NCBI RefSeq assembly: GCF_042660085.1
Contig: NZ_JBHSTI010000008.1
Span: 240,001 to 272,000, forward strand
Length of the DNA stretch: 32,000 nucleotides
Source: Longivirga aurantiaca
Lineage (GTDB): Bacteria > Actinomycetota > Actinomycetes > S36-B12 > CAIYMF01
Direction of reading: 5' to 3'
Every line of letters begins with the position of its first letter. Within the stretch, counting starts at the first letter, position 1. Position numbers and translations under genes: made by a program. The notes below the pieces were generated by a model, which was not told the origin of the DNA, ran no database searches, and worked only from the letters and a program-made list of their open reading frames with translations. Positions 30,195 through 32,000 of the stretch are shown here, in pieces.

Positions 30195-30273
30195 GGCTGC
30201 TTCCCTCCGATGAACGCGACGGTTGCAGGTTGATGGCCTGCTGCACTCCCGTACTATGCACATCACGCAGTTA

Positions 30274-30301
30274 CTCTGCAACCTATGCACAGTGTGCAGA
30301 G
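30274..30301. promoter_or_regulatory. nested inverted repeats in the divergent intergenic region (operator candidate)
   Basis: CTCTGCA (30274-30280) and TGCAGAG (30295-30301) are inverted repeats. They enclose the 13-nt palindrome TGCACA-G-TGTGCA (30286-30298). An extra ATGCACAT lies at 30256-30263. Confidence 0.45.
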
Positions 30302-30380
30302 CTAGCCCCCGGAGGGTAGGACGTCGCCCGGCTCCGCCGGCCCGCCGATCCTGCTCGTGCGATCGACGAGGTGAGGGCCG

Positions 30381-31343
30381 ATGTACGACGTGGATCCCGA
30401 GGTCGCTGCCGGGCTCATCGCCATGTTCGGGCCGGAGCCCGCGGCTCCGGTGCCGGTTGATGATTGGGCCACGCGCCGGCACAACACCCACGCGATGTTC
30501 TCGGAGCTGCGCACGAAGTACGCGCCAGCCGTCGACGTCGAGACGCAGGACGTCACGATGACGGTGGCCGAGGGCGCCTCGGTCGGCCTGCGAATCTACC
30601 GTCCCCACACTCGCGACTCGGACGGCGTGCTGCTGTACCTGCACGGCGGAGGCATGATCATGTGCAACCTCGAGACCCACGACGCGATCTGCCGCGAGTA
30701 CGCCGTACGCACAGGGATGTGCGTCGTCGCCGTCGACTACCGACTCGCTCCGGAGCACCCGTTCCCCGTTCCCGTCGACGACTGCATGGCGGCGCTTCGC
30801 TGGGTCGCCGGCCAGCGCGATCAGGGATGGGCCCCTCATCGGATCGTCGTGGGCGGGGAGAGCGCCGGCGGTGGCCTGGCGGCAGCGGTGGCACTGCGCG
30901 CGCGAGACGAGGGCGGTCCGGAGATCGCCGGCCTCCTTCTCGTGTACCCCATGCTCGACGACCGCACGTGCGAACGCGACGCCGGCCTGGATGCCGTCGC
31001 GACCTGGACGTACGACGACCACCTCACCGCGTGGCGTGCGTACGTCGGCACCGACGGTGCCGCGTCGGGCTACGCGGCGCCGCTGCGAGCGGAGACCGTC
31101 GTCGGCCTGCCGCCGACGTACCTCGAGGTCGGCGAGCTGGACATCTTCCGGGCGGAGATCACCGCGTTCGCCGGCCGCCTGCTCGAGTCCGGGGTCCGAC
31201 TGGAGTTCCACCTCCACCCGGCAGTGCCGCATGCGTTCGAGCTGTTCGCCCCCGCGGCCGCCGTCTCAGAGCGGGCGATGGCGGACCGCGTGCGCGCCAT
31301 TAAGTCGTTACAAAACAAAAAGCGTGCAGGACTAGACAAATAG
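30381..31343 (+). CDS. alpha/beta hydrolase, hormone-sensitive-lipase (family IV) type esterase/lipase, second copy
   Basis: 320 aa with HGGG, GESAGG, and a catalytic Asp/His region ...GELDIF...VPHAF. The last 12-13 codons (IKSLQNKKRAGLDK) are encoded by an AT-rich stretch. Confidence 0.88.
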   Translation: MYDVDPEVAAGLIAMFGPEPAAPVPVDDWATRRHNTHAMFSELRTKYAPAVDVETQDVTMTVAEGASVGLRIYRPHTRDSDGVLLYLHGGGMIMCNLETHDAICREYAVRTGMCVVAVDYRLAPEHPFPVPVDDCMAALRWVAGQRDQGWAPHRIVVGGESAGGGLAAAVALRARDEGGPEIAGLLLVYPMLDDRTCERDAGLDAVATWTYDDHLTAWRAYVGTDGAASGYAAPLRAETVVGLPPTYLEVGELDIFRAEITAFAGRLLESGVRLEFHLHPAVPHAFELFAPAAAVSERAMADRVRAIKSLQNKKRAGLDK

Positions 31344-31493
31344 AGGGCTCAAGACGGCATACTTCGTGTGGTCGAGGACTGAGAGGCCCCGCGGATCCCC
31401 GCGGACCATCGATGTCACGGCAGGCGCCCTGATCAACATGTTATGACATCGTGATGTCTACCTCGAGCAATCGCCCGTAGGATGCAGCGATGC

Positions 31494-31519
31494 ACATAGT
31501 GCAGAGGCTCTGCACATGT
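31494..31519. promoter_or_regulatory. near-perfect 26-nt palindrome upstream of the substrate-binding-protein gene (operator candidate)
   Basis: ACAT(A)GTGCAGAG-G-CTCTGCACATGT. The perfect core is GTGCAGAG (31499-31506) and CTCTGCAC (31508-31515). It shares the words CCCGTA, ATGCACAT, GTGCAGAG and CTCTGCA with 30248-30301. Confidence 0.45.
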
Positions 31520-31613
31520 AAGAACGTCGCCTGTGCCACGGCACCGGCAGGCGACTCCCCCCAGGTATCGAGCTGTTCTCGTCTCGGCGGGACAGGCAAC
31601 CAGAAGGAGACCA

Positions 31614-32000
31614 GTGACCACGACGACCAGGAGCCCGCGACGCCGGGCCATGTATCTCGTTCCCGCGGCCGCCGCGATGCTGCTGACGGCCGCCTGCGGG
31701 AGCTCGACCGGCGGGGACGCGACTGCGACGTCCGCATCCGGGTCCGCATCCGGTTCGGCCGGCACGACGACCGAGCCGTACTGCGCGGAGGACGCGGCGA
31801 CCGCCCTGCCCGCCCTTCAGCCTGAGGGCATCGTCGGGCAGGGCCCGAACGGTGAGCCTGCGGCGTCGCCCGACGACGTGCAGATCAGCGACGAGGACGC
31901 GGCGACGATCAAGGCGGGCAAGAACGGCACCCCGTTCAAGGTCGCCCTCGTGTTCCAGTTCAGCGGTGACTGGCCCAACGGCCAGACCAAGGGGCTGACC
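31614..32000 (+). CDS. lipoprotein, sugar-type (RbsB-like) ABC transporter substrate-binding protein; 3' end off the window
   Basis: Absent from the ORF track because it has no stop in the window. My translation from GTG 31614 (after GAAGGAGA) reads VTTTTRSPRRRAMYLVPAAAAMLLTAACGSSTGG...GTPFKVALVFQFSGDWPNGQTKGL. It has a positively charged n-region, a lipobox-like LTAAC, a Ser/Thr/Gly linker, and then a type-I periplasmic-binding-protein beginning. The frame is open for 129 codons to base 32000. Confidence 0.7.
   Translation, partial: MTTTTRSPRRRAMYLVPAAAAMLLTAACGSSTGGDATATSASGSASGSAGTTTEPYCAEDAATALPALQPEGIVGQGPNGEPAASPDDVQISDEDAATIKAGKNGTPFKVALVFQFSGDWPNGQTKGLT

Noticed and set aside
30195-31232. 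Upstream 345 codons of minus-strand ORF 29739..31232
   Set aside because: This part is antisense to the second esterase and crosses the AT-richer intergenic region. Only the last 151 codons (GTG 30194 with GGAGGG) form a plausible cupin protein.
31389-31404. CCGCGG-ATCC-CCGCGG, a direct repeat of CCCCGCGGA, downstream of the second esterase
   Set aside because: It is a 6-bp stem made of two self-complementary SacII-type sites, too short to call a terminator or a repeat element.

Overview
High-GC, Actinomycetota-type chromosomal segment with no rRNA, tRNA, CRISPR array, transposase or integrase that I can see. All product calls come from reading the supplied translations by eye; no BLAST or HMM search was run.

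Bases 1-25.7 kb are mostly a conserved housekeeping block. Its order matches what I recall from Mycobacterium (groES-groEL1-whiB3 ... guaB2-guaB3-choD ... guaA) and Streptomyces (groES/EL1-whiD-bldM-guaB). In order it contains:
- a luciferase-like oxidoreductase (partial)
- a DUF4396 membrane protein with a His-rich tail, preceded by a CsoR-type palindrome
- an acyl-CoA dehydrogenase and a SAM-dependent methyltransferase
- groES and groEL behind two CIRCE elements
- a WhiB3/WhiD-like gene
- a MerR regulator with a B12-binding-like domain, then a hypothetical protein
- a BldM-like orphan response regulator
- guaB, a guaB3-like gene, an aldehyde dehydrogenase and a ChoD-like GMC oxidoreductase
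- a DHFR-family protein, and a membrane protein next to a histidine kinase/LuxR response-regulator pair
- an asymmetric heterodimeric ABC exporter, a Pro-rich DUF4190 protein and guaA

Downstream of guaA (about 25.7-31.6 kb) the sequence looks accessory, with several AT-richer intergenic patches and a frameshifted gene stump. This part holds the most unusual content:
- a tightly packed operon of a membrane fatty-acid-desaturase-family di-iron oxygenase fused to a C-terminal Rieske [2Fe-2S] ferredoxin domain (MocD-MocE-like), an HSL-family esterase and a small single-cluster ferredoxin
- an ARD-like cupin divergent from a second HSL-family esterase
- related TGCACA/GTGCAGAG palindromic motifs in two intergenic regions
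- the start of a lipoprotein sugar-type ABC substrate-binding protein

Many long ORFs in the track are antisense or out-of-frame shadows typical of high-GC DNA and were rejected.
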